From the IMG/VR virus record IMGVR_UViG_3300036860_000057, positions 14,574 to 78,573 of that record: a stretch of DNA of 64,000 nucleotides. The stretch is one strand, 5' to 3'. A model generated the notes under the pieces. The model was given only the letters and a program-made list of their open reading frames with translations, was not told where the DNA came from and did not search any database. Both the position numbers and the translations under genes were made by a program. Below are positions 27,190 to 36,582 of the stretch, in pieces; position 1 is the stretch's first letter; each line of letters starts with the position of its first letter. This DNA comes from a virus.

Positions 27190-29241
27190 ATGGCAGATTT
27201 ACAAAATAGTCTACAGATTGTGTCAGAAATAAAAGAAGTAAACCCAGCAACTATCAGTGATAGATCAGTTGTTGAGACTCCACGTGTTGATGAACGGATG
27301 AATCCGATCAGCCCTCTGGTAATGTTCATAGCCAACAATGCAGATGGTATGATTCCCTGGGGCAAGGCACTTAAGGCCAGAGATGCTCAGCTTCGATCAT
27401 TCTGGTTGGAAGAGTCTTTGTTATCCTCTGCTGTGTTTAGTATGTCAGCGAGAATGGCAGTCTTAGGCTATGAAATAGTCAACTCCGATCCTGATAAGCC
27501 TCGCCAGAAGAATACTATCATGGCAGTTGAAAGAATGCTTCGCAACTCAGATCGTGGTAAGGGTTGGCAGGTGTTTCTAGTTAAACTTCTGGTTGATCTC
27601 TACACTCAGGATAATGGTGCATTTATTGAACTGATCCGTAAAGAGAATCGTCCTGATTCACCTGTGATTAATATTGCTCACCTTGACTCTTACTCTTGTT
27701 ATCGCACAGGTGATCCTCTCATTCCAGTGATCTATCGAGATCGTTTTGGCAATGATCACAAGATGCCTTGGTGGTCTATTCAGACTGTCGAGGAAATGCC
27801 TTCTCCTGTAGAAACAATGTATGGTGCTCAGATGTGTGCAGTGACACGATGTCTGATGGCTGCCCAGATCATTCGTGATGTGGCAATTTATAAAAAGGAA
27901 AAAATTTCAGGACAGTTTGCCAAGGCCCTACACTTTATATCTGGTATTGCTAAAGGCAACGTTGAGGATGGGATTCAATTGGCAAATGAGAATGCCATGA
28001 ACCAGAATCTTACCCACTATATTCAGCCTCCTATCATCTCAACAATTGATCCAGATGCCTCACTAACCCATGTGCAGATTGATCTTGCATCACTGCCTGA
28101 TGGGTTTAATGAAGACCTGACTTTACAATGGTACGTCACACAACTGGCAGTAGCCTTTGGTGTTGACTACCAAGAGTTTGCCCCTCTAACAAGTGGAAGT
28201 ATGGGATCAGGCCAGCAGTCTGAGACACTGCATTTGAAGTCTCGTGGTAAGGGGCCTGCTCTGCTGATCAGTATGCTGGAGCATATTCTAAATGATACAG
28301 GTGTTCTTCCTTCCAATATAAAGTTTCAATTCTTGGTTACAGATGCACAGGCTGATGAAGCTCGTGCTAATGCTAGATTCCTACGTGGTAAGGATCGTGC
28401 TTTGCGTGTGTCTTCTGGTGAATTGGATATTGAAGCTGCTCGTGAATTGGCAAAAGAAGACTCAGATATACCAGTATGGTTATTAGAGTCAATGAAGAAT
28501 CGTCCTATTCCAACACCAGTGAATCAGCAGTTGAATGGTGGTGGAGGCTCTGCACCTGCTCCTAAGCAGAGAACTGCTATCGGGAATGAGAATGTGGAAG
28601 GTGGGTTGAACTCCAGGGCTACTAGAAAGTCCTATGAGAGTGATCTGGTTCGATCTGAGATAATAAAAAGGCTCCTTGAAAGAGGGGATATGAAGGAGAT
28701 TGATCCTTCTGGATTTGTCTATCTTTGTTTAGAGAATGATCCACAAATTACCAGTATACTAAGAGATTATCAGCAACTTATGGATGATCCCAATATTGAA
28801 TGGCAATCTGTTCCCACTTTTCATATTACACTTGCTTATGCTCCAGAAGTAACTTATGCACAACTTCTTGAAGTATCTCAGTCTATTCACATGCCTCAGC
28901 CTATACCAGTTGATCTTGATCATATTCATATGTTTGAAGCAGGGAATGATTCTTTTGCTCGTGCTCTAGTGATGCTAGTGAAGAAGAATGAATATCTAAT
29001 TCAGTTGCAGAAACAAGTTGTAGACATTTTTAATGGAATGGGAATTTTACTATCTCCCTACAGTAATCCTGATGTGTGGACTCCTCATATCACTATTGGG
29101 TATATTCCAAGTAGTGCGGATGTTCCAGAAGTTTTACCACCTATGTATCATAGAATAATAGCAGATAAGACGGTAGTAGGTAAAGGCGACTATGAAAAAT
29201 TTGCAACTATCCAAGCCCCTAAAATGGGTGGTGTATATTAA
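27190..29241 (+). CDS. Portal protein with C-terminal 2H phosphoesterase domain
   Basis: Position after TerL; portal-like N-terminal ~480 aa; FHITLAY and PHITIGY HxT motifs about 88 aa apart. Confidence 0.8.
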   Translation: MADLQNSLQIVSEIKEVNPATISDRSVVETPRVDERMNPISPLVMFIANNADGMIPWGKALKARDAQLRSFWLEESLLSSAVFSMSARMAVLGYEIVNSDPDKPRQKNTIMAVERMLRNSDRGKGWQVFLVKLLVDLYTQDNGAFIELIRKENRPDSPVINIAHLDSYSCYRTGDPLIPVIYRDRFGNDHKMPWWSIQTVEEMPSPVETMYGAQMCAVTRCLMAAQIIRDVAIYKKEKISGQFAKALHFISGIAKGNVEDGIQLANENAMNQNLTHYIQPPIISTIDPDASLTHVQIDLASLPDGFNEDLTLQWYVTQLAVAFGVDYQEFAPLTSGSMGSGQQSETLHLKSRGKGPALLISMLEHILNDTGVLPSNIKFQFLVTDAQADEARANARFLRGKDRALRVSSGELDIEAARELAKEDSDIPVWLLESMKNRPIPTPVNQQLNGGGGSAPAPKQRTAIGNENVEGGLNSRATRKSYESDLVRSEIIKRLLERGDMKEIDPSGFVYLCLENDPQITSILRDYQQLMDDPNIEWQSVPTFHITLAYAPEVTYAQLLEVSQSIHMPQPIPVDLDHIHMFEAGNDSFARALVMLVKKNEYLIQLQKQVVDIFNGMGILLSPYSNPDVWTPHITIGYIPSSADVPEVLPPMYHRIIADKTVVGKGDYEKFATIQAPKMGGVY

Positions 29242-29816
29242 TGCCCCAATATGGCCCTACTGACGAACAGAATCAAGAATACACCGATCTTCAAGAAGAG
29301 ATAGAGAATAAGTTCAAGGATATAGGATCAGAATATAAAAATGGTAATCTCTCATCTGACGAGTTTGAGAAGAAGATGAGAGATGCCATTATTGACCATC
29401 TAACTGCTCTTGCCGTTTTAGGAAAGGGAGGAGAGTTAGATGAAGATGATATAGATGATCTTACTGATTTCACTGATGGAATTCTTGATCTCCTTGAAGA
29501 GTACGTCTTGTTTGTCAGGAACCCAGATGAGTTCTCAGAAGATTACCTGAGATGGCGCTCTGGTCTGTATAGTAATGCTAGACAGGTTTTCATGAGATTT
29601 ACCATGCCTCGTGATATATGGATTATTCTTCCTGAGATGCCAGGAGATAATTGTCTGGGGGATGGAAAATGTGGTTGCAGTTGGGACATTTCAGTATATG
29701 AAGATGGAACAATCGAGGCAACGTGGGTATTGGGTGACACATTTCACTGCGAAATATGCATTTCAAATAGCATTGAGTATAGTCCGTATGTAATATCTGC
29801 TGGTGATCAGGAGTGA
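29241..29816 (+). CDS. Putative minor head (MuF-like) protein
   Basis: After portal; PGDNCLGDGKCGC and HCEIC. Confidence 0.5.
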   Translation: MPQYGPTDEQNQEYTDLQEEIENKFKDIGSEYKNGNLSSDEFEKKMRDAIIDHLTALAVLGKGGELDEDDIDDLTDFTDGILDLLEEYVLFVRNPDEFSEDYLRWRSGLYSNARQVFMRFTMPRDIWIILPEMPGDNCLGDGKCGCSWDISVYEDGTIEATWVLGDTFHCEICISNSIEYSPYVISAGDQE

Positions 29817-30603
29817 TTTGTGGTATAGTATAAATATGGGATTTACAAAAGTTCTTGATTTAATTGGAAATAAATATGGGGATTTTGTAGTTACTAACAG
29901 GATCAAGGGAAGTAAAAACAAACCCGCAAAACAGGAACTTACTTGTTTGGTATGTGGAAATGTAAGAACACCTACTACTAACAATCTTAAAAGATATAAA
30001 TGGAAGCATGAAGAGATTTGTAATAATTGGTATCTTGAAGACTATGACAGAAATCTTATTGGTAAATCTTTTGGATACTTAGATGTGATGTATCGAACAA
30101 GAATAACACCAACTGGCGTTCCTTATTATATGTGCAGGTGTAAATGTGGAAATACCAAAGAAGTTCGAGGAGTTCATATTAAAAGAGGAAAAACTTTAAG
30201 TTGTGGATGTTATAGAAAGAGTCTGTTAACAAAGCACGGACTTTATAAAACACCAGAATACAGAAGATGGTATGTAAACAAGAGGAGAGAAAGACACATC
30301 AAATATGATAGCTATTGGACTCCTCAAATGGCTATTATGTTAAAGGAATCTCAGTCTAGTTGTGTGGTCTGTAAATCCCAAGATAGGCTTGAAATTGATC
30401 ATGTAAATCCTTTATCTGAAGGATATGGATTGTATCCCGGAAACGCTATTATTTTATGTCGCCTGTGTAATAGAACAAAGAAAGTTAGTAGGTTAGATGA
30501 TCTTCCCCCAGACTGGTCTGATAAGATCATAGATGCTATGCTAGACTTCAAAATCCTCTGGCAAAGCAGACACAGTATTAAGCTAGAGACAGAGACTATA
30601 TAG
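29803..30603 (+). CDS. HNH endonuclease with Zn-ribbon repeats
   Basis: CRCKCG, SCGC, CVVC..IDHVNP..CRLCN. Confidence 0.85.
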   Translation: MIRSDLWYSINMGFTKVLDLIGNKYGDFVVTNRIKGSKNKPAKQELTCLVCGNVRTPTTNNLKRYKWKHEEICNNWYLEDYDRNLIGKSFGYLDVMYRTRITPTGVPYYMCRCKCGNTKEVRGVHIKRGKTLSCGCYRKSLLTKHGLYKTPEYRRWYVNKRRERHIKYDSYWTPQMAIMLKESQSSCVVCKSQDRLEIDHVNPLSEGYGLYPGNAIILCRLCNRTKKVSRLDDLPPDWSDKIIDAMLDFKILWQSRHSIKLETETI

Positions 30604-30612
30604 TCTCTGTCT
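30587..30612. repeat. Perfect 26-bp palindrome, possible terminator
   Basis: AGACAGAGACTAT|ATAGTCTCTGTCT followed by TTATTT. Confidence 0.75.
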
Positions 30613-30665
30613 TTATTTCCCCACAAAATTTTAACAATGATAACCATTCTCATATAATTTCAAAT

Positions 30666-31184
30666 ATGGCAGTCCAGATAAAATTCATTCCCATTTCACC
30701 GGGACCTGACTTTCTAGCTAAGAAAGGAACAGCTACAATCCAAGCATTGGAAAGGGGAATGCAGGGACCTATTGCTAATCAATTAAAAGATGCGATGGAA
30801 AAACGTGTCAGTAATTGGCAGCATAAACCAGGAATGGCAGTAGAATTTAGTTCCCTTGTTACTCGCCTTTCATTATTGGTGAAACCATCTGGTCCTGGAC
30901 TGAAGCAGTGGAAGATAGTGTCTGGTGGTGCAAGATCACATACCATTACTCCTAAGAAAAAGAGTAGATTATTCATTCATGGTGGTATTGGTGGATACAA
31001 GTCCAAGACTGCACCGGGAAATGTATATGGAAGATCATCAAGTTACAGTGGCAACTCCTTTTGGGCAAGTAGTGTACAACATCCCGGAGTCCAGCCCCGC
31101 AAGTTTGAAGAGAATGTAGTCAATGATGAGAAGGCTAAGATTGAAGCCAGTCTACAGCGAATTGTAGATGGAGCAATAAAATGA
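30666..31184 (+). CDS. Putative virion morphogenesis (neck/tail completion) protein
   Basis: HTITPK...VQHPG..PRKF motif typical of gp10-like proteins. Confidence 0.5.
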   Translation: MAVQIKFIPISPGPDFLAKKGTATIQALERGMQGPIANQLKDAMEKRVSNWQHKPGMAVEFSSLVTRLSLLVKPSGPGLKQWKIVSGGARSHTITPKKKSRLFIHGGIGGYKSKTAPGNVYGRSSSYSGNSFWASSVQHPGVQPRKFEENVVNDEKAKIEASLQRIVDGAIK

Positions 31185-32746
31185 GTGATGAGTTAGTTGA
31201 TATGGTAGCAGAGAAGGCAGTGGAAGATCAAGGCTTTCTGGAGAAAGTTTCTGAGAAAATAACCTCTGTTATCTTGAAGGCAGTTTGGTCAACGGCTTTT
31301 GTAAATGATCTTCCTGACAGTTCGTTCCTTCACATTCTCCCTGGTGGAAAGAAAGACTCAGAAGGAAAAACTACTCCCCGCGACCTTCGTATGTTCCCTT
31401 ATAAGAATGCCAGTGGAGAGGTTGACCTTCCCCATCTTCGTAACGCCATTGCTAGAATTCCACAGAGTAACAGAATTGATGATGCTACCAAGAGTAGACT
31501 TCAAGCCAGAGCACGTAAACTTCTAGGTGGTCAGAAAGACTCCAGTGTAGGATTCTTCAAGGACACTAAAGGTGATTGGTGGTTTCTTGGTATCTACAGC
31601 AACAAGTTTGAAGATCGTGACGAAGAAATCCTAAGTGAGAAGTCTCATCTTGAATATATTCAGTGGCTGAAGGATTCTGGATTCAAGCCAGTTATTACAG
31701 TTCTTCACCAGCCTAAGATGCCACAAGTTTTTTGGCCTGTGGTGTTTGATAAGTTTGAAGATAAACCAGACAAATTGAGTGCTATTGTAAAAGGAATTTA
31801 TAAGGATTTTGGGTTTGCAGAAGCACAACGAGTGATGTATGTCAATGGGTTTACTGTTGTAGCAGCTAAGGTTTTTGAAGATAAGAAACATATTGCAGAA
31901 ACACTTTCTAAGGAATCTGACTTAGGAATGTCTCACGGTTTTATCGTCAGAGATTTCTCTGATAATATTGTGAATAAATATCGTACCTTCGAAATGTCTG
32001 TATTAAAGAGGAAAAGAGCAGCGAATTTTATTACATTGTCGTTGTTCGCTGCAAAGGAAAAATTAGGTATGGCAGATTCTAAAGGATTCAGCGACGATGA
32101 TCGTCAATTTCTAGCTGTTGCTTATGGAGAGGAAGTTGCAGATTCCATTGAGCAAGGAACTAAGAATATTGAAGAGATGCTTCGTGAGGCTGGTCTAAAC
32201 TTCAAGGATTTTACAGAGGATGAACCAGTGAAGAGAGAAGAGAAGGAAATCGAGAAGGCTGTAAAGCCTGATATGATGGAAGAAGAGGATGAGGAAGACG
32301 AGGAAGATGCTTCCAAGAAGAAGGAAGTAGAAGAAGTAGCCGATGAGGTTACGGTTATCTCTCCTGAACTCGTTGCTGAAGTTGTCAAGGCTCTCAATCT
32401 CGAACAGCTTCAGGAAGTCCTTGGTGGATTTGCTCAGGCTGTTAAGTCTCTTCAAGAAACAATTGAAGGTCAGGCTAAGGAAATTGAAGCTCTGAAGTCT
32501 GTTACTAAAGATATTCCTGAGATGAAGAAGTCAGAAGACGAGCGTATTTCTGCGCAGCTTACACCTTCTATCAACTGGTCACTTCTTGGTCTGGGCGTGT
32601 CCAAGTCTAAGGAAAATATTCTAGGTGAGGAAGAGAAAGAAGAATTACAGAAGAATGCCCCAGTAGGTGAAGAAGATGGACGTAAGGGCGATGCTATGTA
32701 TGAGTTCTTTCTCAAAACTGCCACAAATGGGAGTCAAGGAAAGTAA
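31181..32746 (+). CDS. Prohead protease/scaffold protein
   Basis: DRDEE, MSHGF, FEMSV HK97-protease-like motifs; acidic coiled-coil C-terminus; precedes the capsid gene. Confidence 0.7.
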   Translation: MSDELVDMVAEKAVEDQGFLEKVSEKITSVILKAVWSTAFVNDLPDSSFLHILPGGKKDSEGKTTPRDLRMFPYKNASGEVDLPHLRNAIARIPQSNRIDDATKSRLQARARKLLGGQKDSSVGFFKDTKGDWWFLGIYSNKFEDRDEEILSEKSHLEYIQWLKDSGFKPVITVLHQPKMPQVFWPVVFDKFEDKPDKLSAIVKGIYKDFGFAEAQRVMYVNGFTVVAAKVFEDKKHIAETLSKESDLGMSHGFIVRDFSDNIVNKYRTFEMSVLKRKRAANFITLSLFAAKEKLGMADSKGFSDDDRQFLAVAYGEEVADSIEQGTKNIEEMLREAGLNFKDFTEDEPVKREEKEIEKAVKPDMMEEEDEEDEEDASKKKEVEEVADEVTVISPELVAEVVKALNLEQLQEVLGGFAQAVKSLQETIEGQAKEIEALKSVTKDIPEMKKSEDERISAQLTPSINWSLLGLGVSKSKENILGEEEKEELQKNAPVGEEDGRKGDAMYEFFLKTATNGSQGK

Positions 32747-34210
32747 ATGGGAATCCAAATTGATGTTAATGATTTAGTGCAAGCACTGAAGGTTGTGCAG
32801 TCACAGAAGGGAGGAACAGGTTACAAACACGACCTTCCGACTCCCATCTCACCTACTACCAATCTTCTGCATGGTCCTAATGGTTTGTTTGGACAGGCTG
32901 GGATTGATCGTCAGGTCTTTTCCACTCGTGTCCAGCCCACAGGACTTTCGGCTGTAATTCCTGCCAGAGCATCCAATGATACTAATCCTATTGTTGGGTA
33001 TATCACAGGTTTTACGGATGATGAGGATGCTGCTGAGAAGTCTGCTGTCTGTGATGATCCCTTGCAGGCAGGTGTTTACAAGACATGCTTCCAAGGCAGT
33101 GCATTTGGACGTATTGAACGCAAGACTCAGACGCTTGAATTGAATGCTCTCGGAGCACGTACCAATCGTGGTGAATACAACGATCTCTTCCTAGTCAATG
33201 ATCCATTTGGCGAGGGTGATTTTGGTACACCCACAGTTGCTCGTGACTTCCAGAGTGTTCTCCAGAGTGAAGTTAATGCTCGTCTGGCCCTGCTGGGTGT
33301 GGCCTTCCAGAACAAAATTGGCACAATGAACTGGACTGGCAACCCATCTAACAACACTTCTGGTGGTTATGCTGAATATCTTGGACTTGAGAGTTTGGTG
33401 ACTGCTACTCATGTTGATGTCTTGAACAACAACGTTAGCTGCCCTTCACTCGCATCTGATGTCAAGAACTTCAACTATCACTCTGTTGAAGGCAACAGCG
33501 CCGAACTGTTTTCAGTTCTGACAATGCTCTATCGTTTTGTTCGTCACAATGCTCGTACAATGGGCTTTGAGCCTGTTACTTGGGCCTTTGTGATGCGATC
33601 AGATGCCTTTCAGCAGATTACTGATGTGTGGCCCTGCGTTTACGCAACATATCGTTGTGCTGGATCAGCAGGCACACCAAACAACACTGATGCTCTTGTC
33701 ATGCGCCAGATGTCAATTGACATGCAGAATGGTCAGTATCTCATGATTGATAATGTCAGAATTCCTGTAATTCTGGATGACTATCTGACTGAGTATACTA
33801 ATACTACAAATGCCAATGTTCCTTCTGGTTCATTTGCATCGGATATTTATCTCCTGCCACTGACAGTGAAGGGCAACCTTCAGGTTCTCTTCTACGAATA
33901 CTTTAACTTTGATGGTCCGAATGGTGCTATGCAGGCTGTTCGTGATGGCAGATTGGGGAATGAAGTCTATTCGAGCGATGGTGGGAAGTTCCTGTGGACA
34001 CATGAGCGTACACTTTGGTGTGTTGACTGGGCTGCAAAGATTGAGCCTCGCTTGAGACTGCTCACGCCTCATTTGGCTGGTCGTCTCCAGAACGTGATCT
34101 ATGCTCCGTTGCAGCACGTCCGTGAGGCTGTTCCTGGTGCTCCATATTACGTCAACGGAGGCAACCAAACTGGATCATTCAGCCCATATGCTGTAGCTGA
34201 TTTGACCTAA
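32747..34210 (+). CDS. Major capsid protein
   Basis: Size, position after protease/scaffold, strong terminator downstream. Confidence 0.8.
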   Translation: MGIQIDVNDLVQALKVVQSQKGGTGYKHDLPTPISPTTNLLHGPNGLFGQAGIDRQVFSTRVQPTGLSAVIPARASNDTNPIVGYITGFTDDEDAAEKSAVCDDPLQAGVYKTCFQGSAFGRIERKTQTLELNALGARTNRGEYNDLFLVNDPFGEGDFGTPTVARDFQSVLQSEVNARLALLGVAFQNKIGTMNWTGNPSNNTSGGYAEYLGLESLVTATHVDVLNNNVSCPSLASDVKNFNYHSVEGNSAELFSVLTMLYRFVRHNARTMGFEPVTWAFVMRSDAFQQITDVWPCVYATYRCAGSAGTPNNTDALVMRQMSIDMQNGQYLMIDNVRIPVILDDYLTEYTNTTNANVPSGSFASDIYLLPLTVKGNLQVLFYEYFNFDGPNGAMQAVRDGRLGNEVYSSDGGKFLWTHERTLWCVDWAAKIEPRLRLLTPHLAGRLQNVIYAPLQHVREAVPGAPYYVNGGNQTGSFSPYAVADLT

Positions 34211-34232
34211 TCCTCAGACTTAACTAGACAAT

Positions 34233-34264
34233 AAGGACAGTGAGATTGACTTCACTGTCCTTTT
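34233..34264 (+). terminator. Intrinsic terminator
   Basis: AAGGACAGTGA...TCACTGTCCTTTT. Confidence 0.8.
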
Positions 34265-34296
34265 GATTTATAATAAAGATAAGAAAGGAAGATTAC

Positions 34297-34542
34297 ATGA
34301 CCCACTCTACTCTTACATGGTTCAGTGGTGTAATTAAGCCAAGCCAATCAGAAGATCAGATTCTAATTGCAATGCCAACTCTAAATGGTGACAAGATAGA
34401 AGTAATACCAGATTTATTTAGGTACAACAAGAAACAAGATGTATTTACTTCTCGCGCCATTCCAGGACATGTAGATAGGAAAGATGTTAGATATTGGGCC
34501 TATGTGCCACTCTATTTGGAAGATCACGAAGGAAAAGGTTGA
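34297..34542 (+). CDS. Hypothetical protein
   Basis: AAGGA RBS. Confidence 0.55.
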   Translation: MTHSTLTWFSGVIKPSQSEDQILIAMPTLNGDKIEVIPDLFRYNKKQDVFTSRAIPGHVDRKDVRYWAYVPLYLEDHEGKG

Positions 34543-34567
34543 CAAGTGTTGAAAATTGTGCTATCAT
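34539..34567 (+). promoter_or_regulatory. Promoter of the tRNA cluster
   Basis: TTGACA-N17-TATCAT with TG extension. Confidence 0.65.
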
Positions 34568-34627
34568 GAAATTAGATGTACCTCTATGTGTGTAGTGTGT
34601 TCGACTCCTTTTATTGTGTAAGTGTAG

Positions 34628-34672
34628 ATGTGGTTCGGGGATAACCACATAAAACACCTCCGTTCTTTAACA
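34628..34672 (+). promoter_or_regulatory. boxB-like hairpin plus boxA antitermination-like element
   Basis: ATGTGGTT/AACCACAT hairpin, then CGTTCTTTAACA just before tRNA-Gly. Confidence 0.55.
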
Positions 34673-34679
34673 ATTTAAT

Positions 34680-34751
34680 GCGTGTGTGGTGTTAATGGTA
34701 GCATCACACTCTTCCAAAGTGAAGGTTAGGGTTCGAGTCCCTACACACGCA
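34680..34751 (+). tRNA. tRNA-Gly(TCC)
   Basis: GCGTGTG/CACACGC acceptor, anticodon loop CTTCCAA, GTTCGAGTC T arm. Confidence 0.9.
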
Positions 34752-34918
34752 CAAGCTGGGGTGTTCCCAGCATAGCAAGGAGACACTTATGTACTTCGTG
34801 CCGCTTCTCTCGTCTACAGGTCAAATCCTCCCCGATTGGCTTAGGCAAAAGAAGCTATCGTCACCGTAGTAAAGTGTAACTTCCGGCTATAAGGGAGGGT
34901 GAAAGTCCCTCCCACCAT

Positions 34919-34989
34919 ACATCTGTGATCTAATGGTAAGAGCACAATCTCCAAAATTGTGAATCCTCGTCCGAATCGAGGCAGATGTG
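34919..34989 (+). tRNA. tRNA-Trp(CCA), atypical T loop
   Basis: ACATCTG/CAGATGT acceptor, ACAAT-CTCCAAA-ATTGT anticodon arm, T loop TCCGAAT. Confidence 0.8.
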
Positions 34990-35023
34990 CTGACCAGTTA
35001 TCATCATTCCAAAGGAGGAATAA

Positions 35024-35179
35024 ATGTTCAACTGGGGCCGTATAAGAACGGTGCTATTGGGGTTGCTTCTTATTGCAGCAGGACTAATTCTGGCGTTCAA
35101 TCTGAACTTCACCAACATGAATTATGTCCTTGCTGTACTGGCAATCTTCGATGGCGTTCTATGGATTATATTTCCATAG
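35024..35179 (+). CDS. 51-aa two-TM membrane protein (not in ORF track)
   Basis: AAGGAGG RBS; MFNWGRIRTVLLGLLLIAAGLILAFNLNFTNMNYVLAVLAIFDGVLWIIFP. Confidence 0.65.
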   Translation: MFNWGRIRTVLLGLLLIAAGLILAFNLNFTNMNYVLAVLAIFDGVLWIIFP

Positions 35180-35296
35180 AAAAATGGAAGGTCTGATACT
35201 GGAGTAAGATGTTCGAACCATCAGCCTTCCAGTTGCCCATGAGGGCATTTTCCTGCGGATTGAGGGGAGTGAACTGAAGGCACTCCCCTCTTTATT

Positions 35297-35368
35297 GCCA
35301 ACATAGCACAATGGTAGTGCAAATCTTTTGTAAAGATTAGGCTGAGAGTTCGAATCCCTCTGTTGGCT
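35297..35368 (+). tRNA. tRNA-Thr(TGT)
   Basis: GCCAACA/TGTTGGC acceptor, AATCT-TTTGTAA-AGATT anticodon arm, GTTCGAATC. Confidence 0.9.
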
Positions 35369-35555
35369 CTTAGGGCAGTAAGTGTGGGGCAAGGCTTAGG
35401 CATAACCTTGAATATCTGTACTGCCCTATATAAATTATGAGAGACATATTATTTATTGTTGTATATGTAGCTGGTGAGTTAGTTGCAGTCCTGACAGATT
35501 GTGTAATTCTTGTTGGTGCAGTTCTGTACGTCATATTGAAATGGTAATTATAGAT

Positions 35556-35613
35556 GGGCCAATTATTCCGGTGAATGCTAGCTATGGCGGATTCGACTCC
35601 CGCTTGGTCCGCC
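35556..35613 (+). ncRNA. Truncated tRNA-like RNA with G3-U70
   Basis: GGGCCAA/TTGGTCC acceptor, GCGGA-TTCGACT-CCCGC T arm, shortened middle. Confidence 0.5.
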
Positions 35614-35827
35614 GTAACCTGTACGGCGCAGAGGAGACGACACTCAATCAGTGCCAATGTTGAAGGTAAGATAGTTAAGCCCAGTAAATGTCTGGTATCC
35701 CAGAGGCCATGCTACTGAGAATATAACTGGCTGTGAAACTGATTAGCCGCCTTATTCAAGAGGAACACAAGAAATAGATCGACGTACTTTCCTTCACTAT
35801 TTAATCTTAGGATCAATAGCTGCTATC

Positions 35828-36430
35828 ATGCCAATTCATTTACAGACAGCACCTACCCCATCGTGGATAGTTGGCGTAGGCAATTCTATTACACGAGGAT
35901 ATAAAGCAACCAATTTGCGAGGATATGTGTATATGCTTGCAAAACGGCTAGAACTTCCCTCTGTTAACACCTCGAAAGGTGGAGCACTCAATCAGAATCT
36001 ATATGGACAATCTGTACGAGCTAAATCAGTCTTAGACTCTAGTACATTAACTGGTGCAGGACTAGTTGTGTGTACTACTGGAATTAGAGAACTGCACTAT
36101 ACTATTCCTGATCAGATGGACACCACACTTGATTATATTCTTGCTAATACTCAGGCAATTGCAAATTGGTGGGCAGACATGCGACCAGGAACAGTGATGG
36201 TGGTGTTGCCTCCTGTTGAGAATGGATCGGGGCAGCAGGGAATGAGTCGTGTGGTTACAGAAGCATTTCTTAGTAAATTGATTTATCCTGCTGTAGCACT
36301 TGACTGGTATCAACAAGATAAGTTGCATGATATAGGAACTCCCAATTCTTGGTGGTACAACTGGGATCACCCTAACACGACAGGTCATGTAGGTATGGCA
36401 GATGCAGTGATAAGTTATTTACAGCAATAA
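35828..36430 (+). CDS. SGNH/GDSL hydrolase-like protein
   Basis: GVGNSITRG block I, WDHPNTTGH block V. Confidence 0.7.
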   Translation: MPIHLQTAPTPSWIVGVGNSITRGYKATNLRGYVYMLAKRLELPSVNTSKGGALNQNLYGQSVRAKSVLDSSTLTGAGLVVCTTGIRELHYTIPDQMDTTLDYILANTQAIANWWADMRPGTVMVVLPPVENGSGQQGMSRVVTEAFLSKLIYPAVALDWYQQDKLHDIGTPNSWWYNWDHPNTTGHVGMADAVISYLQQ

Positions 36431-36582
36431 TAGTATTTTATATTCAGACCAAAATAATCTAGAATCATATTACACAGCCAGATTGGTGCTAATTTTCTCC
36501 CGGCACTGATCTGGTTGTTTATGTTTTAGGAACCTTCCTTATTAAACTATAATTGTCATAGTGGAAATAAGGAGATATTAAA

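Noticed and set aside
24798-29241. Group I intron or intein in terminase/portal around the GIY-YIG gene
   Set aside because: Both ORFs look complete, gaps are 1 and 9 nt, and no intein motifs are visible
34789-34869. 26-aa ORF after AAGGAG in the tRNA cluster
   Set aside because: Too short and featureless to support without conservation data
34752-35430. tRNA-associated theta (HDV-like) ribozymes
   Set aside because: I could not build the nested double pseudoknot starting at any tRNA 3' end by eye
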